Source of the DNA: Eledone cirrhosa
Lineage: Eukaryota
NCBI GenBank assembly: GCA_964016885.1
Contig: OZ024743.1
Span: 105,710,001 to 105,774,000 of the forward strand
Reading direction: 5' to 3'
DNA length: 64,000 nt
The notes beneath the pieces were generated by a model that was not told the origin of the DNA, did not search any database, and saw only the letters and a program-made list of their open reading frames with translations. The translations under genes were made by a program, and so were the position numbers. This document shows, in pieces, positions 59,959 to 64,000 of this stretch. Each line of letters begins with the position of its first letter. Position 1 is the first letter of the stretch.

Positions 59959-62900
59959 CTATAATAATAATAATAATGGTTTCATTATTGGCCACAAGGG
60001 CTAACATGAAGAAAAACATTACAGACGGCACAGAACAGTACAGGACGATACATAGTGGGTTTAGGCCGTGTAAAAAAGGTTACAAAAGATAGAAATAAAA
60101 AAAAAAATTCAAACAACAAAAAATTCCCCAATAGGGGGAAACTTCCGAGGGTCACTCGTGGCGAAAACCACACGAAAGACCACGGCCATCCTAACCACCA
60201 GGGCAAGCGCCCTCTCTCAGTTTTCCCACACCTCAGTCTACAGGCGCATACTCAGAGCGAGCCCGTTCACTCTGACCAGACACGCCACTTTCACCCACCT
60301 TTCAACAAACTTACTAGAAAACAGCACCTGCCTCTCCACCCTGATTTTCCTCTTCAGTTGAAACTTGAAAAAGTTAATCAGGGATTGGCCGAAGAGGAAA
60401 GTGTCCGTCTTCAACCCTTTCGACCTTGTCCACCACACAATCTCTTTCGCCATGGCCACCAGGCAGATGAAAACTGCCTGTCCTTCCTCCTTTTTGAAGG
60501 AGGATGGCGGGGCTATCAGCACAATGGACTCAGTCGATAACCGGATCCGTCTAACACGCGATAGCAATTGTTCAACATAGCTCCACAAGTCAGCAATCCT
60601 CGGGCACTGAACGAGTCCGTGCACGACGGTTTCGTCGCGCTGCGCGCATCTCGGACAGGCTCGGCTGACAGCACCTCCGTGCCTATAGAGCTTATCCCGA
60701 ACCGGCAACGCCAAGCCAGGGTCACCCCGAGAACGTCGTCACTCTTTACCTCCACTAGCCCTCTATAGAACGCCGATACTAGTGCCCAGCTGCTGGTAGA
60801 GGGCGGTGAGCGCTTGGAGACATTCCAGCTCCCAAGCGCTAACCCTCGGTCTTTTCCTGATCCAGGACTGCAGCTCCGTCAAGGAGACAAGCTGTGGAAA
60901 AAGCGCGTTGCAAACGGCGACCTACCTGTTCACCGTCAAGGAAGCACCAGAGATGTCGCAGGCGTCAGCGCATGTTTGAGCATCTTCAGCCACGGCATGC
61001 CTAGTCCTCCGCGTATCGGGTGTTGACAGCAAATGGATCGTCTGACCATGGGAGCGCGTCCCTTTCACAAAAAGCGGAAGAGAAGGCGTTCCGTTTTGGT
61101 CAGAGTTGGGCGGCGGCAAGGTACGACGGTCAGGCGGTAGAAGATAACGTACGCTATGTACGCATTCGCCACCTCCGCTCGACCTTTCAGAGACAGCCTC
61201 CTCTCTACCCATTTCTGGGTGAGAGAGGCCACCCTGCCTGTCACCTCGCTCCAGTTTTTCTCCATCTGGAGGTCCGGACCGAACCAGACCCCGAGCAATT
61301 TAACCGGTCCTTCCGTCCAGCGCCCCACGACGCTGTCGGATGGCATGGACTTGCCTCTACGGGTGCCGAGTTGCAAGCCCACCGACTTTTCCTGGTTTAT
61401 CTTTGCTCCTGTCACCGCTTCGTATTCCTTGAGAGTGGTGCCGAGGATCTGGACGTGTTTGGTGCTCGACACCACCACGGTGACGTCATCGGCGTAAGCT
61501 GACATGGATCTACCGCATCCCAGTTCGCGTAGGATCCCTCTCATCGTCTCCAATTTGTGAAGTAACGGCTCGAGAGCAAGTACGTACAACAGTGAAGAGA
61601 AGGGGAAACCCTGGCGGACCGAGCGCATGATGCTGAAAGGCTGCGACAGGTGACCATCCATCCTCACAATCGAGCAGATGTCGCTGCGCCTCGTAGCGAT
61701 CCACCCCCTGAAAACGGGCCCGAAGCCAGCCGCCTCGAGGAACGCAGCCAGGTATCGATGTTCGACCCTAACAAATGCTGTGGATTGAACCAAGTTAATC
61801 AGGGCCCCACCCGTGATTCCTTAACCACCCTCTCTATGATATATCGCATGAGATGGATGCTCTCGTGGATTGATCTGTCCGGAATGTTGCATGCTTGCAC
61901 CTCTCCCACCAGATCACCGACGACAAGCGCCATTCTCTTTGCTAACACCTTGGCCAAAATCTTAAACTCTGTGTTTAGCAGAGTTATGGGACTGAAGTTG
62001 TCTATAACGTCCCCCTTGTTCGGGTCTTTTTTCAGCAGCGCCACCGCTCCCCGGCTCACAAAACTGGGAATGCTCCCGTTTTGCTGCCAGTTGCAGTAGA
62101 CATCTGCGAAGTGGTCGCCGAACAAGTCTGGCATATACACATAAAGCTCGTAGGGTAGACCATCCAAACCTGGCGATTTACCCCTCGTGCAGTCAGACAT
62201 CGCTTCCCGTATTTAATTGGCTGTTATCGGCTTTTCGCAGCACTGGGCTGCGGTAGTCGAGAGCCGCGGCAGTCCGTCGAGGTATGCACCGAAGTCCATA
62301 CTCCGATCCGGCCCGCCGCTCCCGAACAATTGAGCAAAGAGCTGTTGAAAAGTCGCACACATCTGCTCGGGTTCGAGCAACATGCGCCCGTTTTAATCAG
62401 GCAAAGACAGAATTGTGGACTTGTTGCCACGTCGCGCCTCCACTACCCGGGCCCATTGAACGGCTTTCATCCCCTCGTGTCTTAGAGCACGCGCTCTAGA
62501 TTTGACAACGCCACCTTCATGCTTTGCGTTGAAGAATTGATCGAATGACAATCTCGCCGGAAGCACGTCGGTTGCGACGCCTGTCCTAAACGCATCGTCT
62601 AGCATTCTAACTAACTCTCCCTCTACTCTATTTTCCTCTATCACTACTCAATTGCTAAACCTTATCGATTCTACTCTAATAGCCCTTTTCTGGGTAAACC
62701 ACCACCTGTTGTTGACGATCGCACCCGTGAACGCACGCTTAACTAATTCGCTAATCCGGTCTCTGTAAGCTTTGCGCGCCGGGATAGGCGCGTTCAGCTT
62801 CCAGTAGCCGGGCCCTTGCCTATGGCGTCTATCTAAGTCAACTTCACAGATCACAAATTTGTGGTCCGTGTAGTCGACTATAAATTGAGGACAACCTACA

Positions 62901-63205
62901 CTAACCTTATCTGTTTCCCTACAGAATACCTTATCTAAATACGATCTGGATGACACGATGCGGTTTTCCAATGTCCACATTTGCACATTCGGATAATCGA
63001 GTTTTCTACCTGTCAGACAGTTCAAAACGTCTGAGCAGGTTGTTGAGGCTTTTACACCTTCCTGTCTTGTCTACCAGCTCCACATAATCCCAGTGTGCAT
63101 CTAAGATACCATTCCAGTCGCCCACTAACACTAAAGAGCGGGACGTTCCAAGAAAGTTCTCTAGACGTCTGAAGAAATCTGGCCGTCCTGTCCCAGTTGG
63201 GGCAG
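59959..63205 (-). mobile_element. Tx1/L1-type LINE, copy 2, 5'-truncated within the endonuclease
   Basis: Homologous to 54012-57300; GPGYWKLN, SPGLDGLP, AYADDV, CPRC; (ATT)n tail at 59961-59977. Confidence 0.92.
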
Positions 63206-63272
63206 TAAAGTACCAGTAATACACTGGGATAATTGCTGGCCTTGTGCCAAAAGTAGAAACAATTACTATTAT
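63206..63272 (+). mobile_element. SINE 3' fragment fused head-to-head to the truncated LINE
   Basis: taaagtaccagtaatacactgggataattgctggccttgtgccaaaagtagaaacaatt begins immediately at the LINE truncation point. Confidence 0.85.
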
Positions 63273-63305
63273 TCGAAAAACTCAGATTACATTTATACAG
63301 ATTAC

Positions 63306-63443
<138 letters not shown>

Positions 63444-64000
63444 CATCATGTATATTGTTTTATTTTTCTCAATTATAATTAAATGATGAATAATCTATTC
63501 GTGAATTAAATTCTTATAAATTGGCGACTATGTATTATTATGTGTTATCATTTAATTAGACATAGAAATAAATATACTCTTTGTTGTGTCTCGAATTAAC
63601 GTCTGATTTGCTTGAAACAGATATCTAACTTGTCTGCTTAAAATGTGGAATACCTTACAATAAATAATGAAATGTTTATTCTCATCTTTTATTTAAAGAA
63701 ATTAAATATCTGTCGTTGCTCTCCTGTTAGCTAAAAAAAACGATTATGTAGTCAAGTAATTTATTATCATTTTATTACAAAATATATATATCGTTAGTAT
63801 TGAAAGTTATTTGTCTGAAATTGCTAGTAACACCTTTGCTCCGCAAATTGAGTCCAATACCGAAGTGAACGCGGAACTGATGTCATTGATGTGCTGTGGA
63901 TTCACATGTGCTTGCTATTTTCCTATCTGTATATTTTAACTGATTATCCTACATCTTAATCTTTGGCATATCTTTCTTTTTCCAGATATCTTACATAATG

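Overview
AT-rich eukaryotic non-coding DNA with no recognisable host protein-coding exon. The SINE sequence, microsatellite density and transposon mix resemble an octopus (cephalopod) genome; this assignment is inference. Most ORF-track entries are (TA)n/(CA)n/(CT)n artefacts. Real content is decayed mobile DNA: two Tx1/L1-type LINEs in tandem (54.0-63.2 kb), a CRE-like RLE retrotransposon plus a fragment, several Penelope-like elements (RT + GIY-YIG), a Helitron (Pif1 helicase, hairpin-CTAG end), about ten copies of one tRNA-type SINE, a CORE-type SINE, mariner-like MITEs, a ~608-bp tandem repeat and a foldback-like element filled with a 40-bp satellite. The most striking hidden pattern is more than a dozen short inverted duplications embedded in (TA)n tracts. 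Many carry type-I hammerhead ribozyme motifs (CUGANGA..GAAA..UH) from about eight unrelated sequence families, two of which are the terminal repeats of Penelope-like elements in this window. The SINE also shares its 3' tail with the Tx1/L1 LINE, inserts at ATTA sites, and twice occurs in head-to-head two-tailed insertions. All alignments and folds were done by eye and coordinates are approximate.
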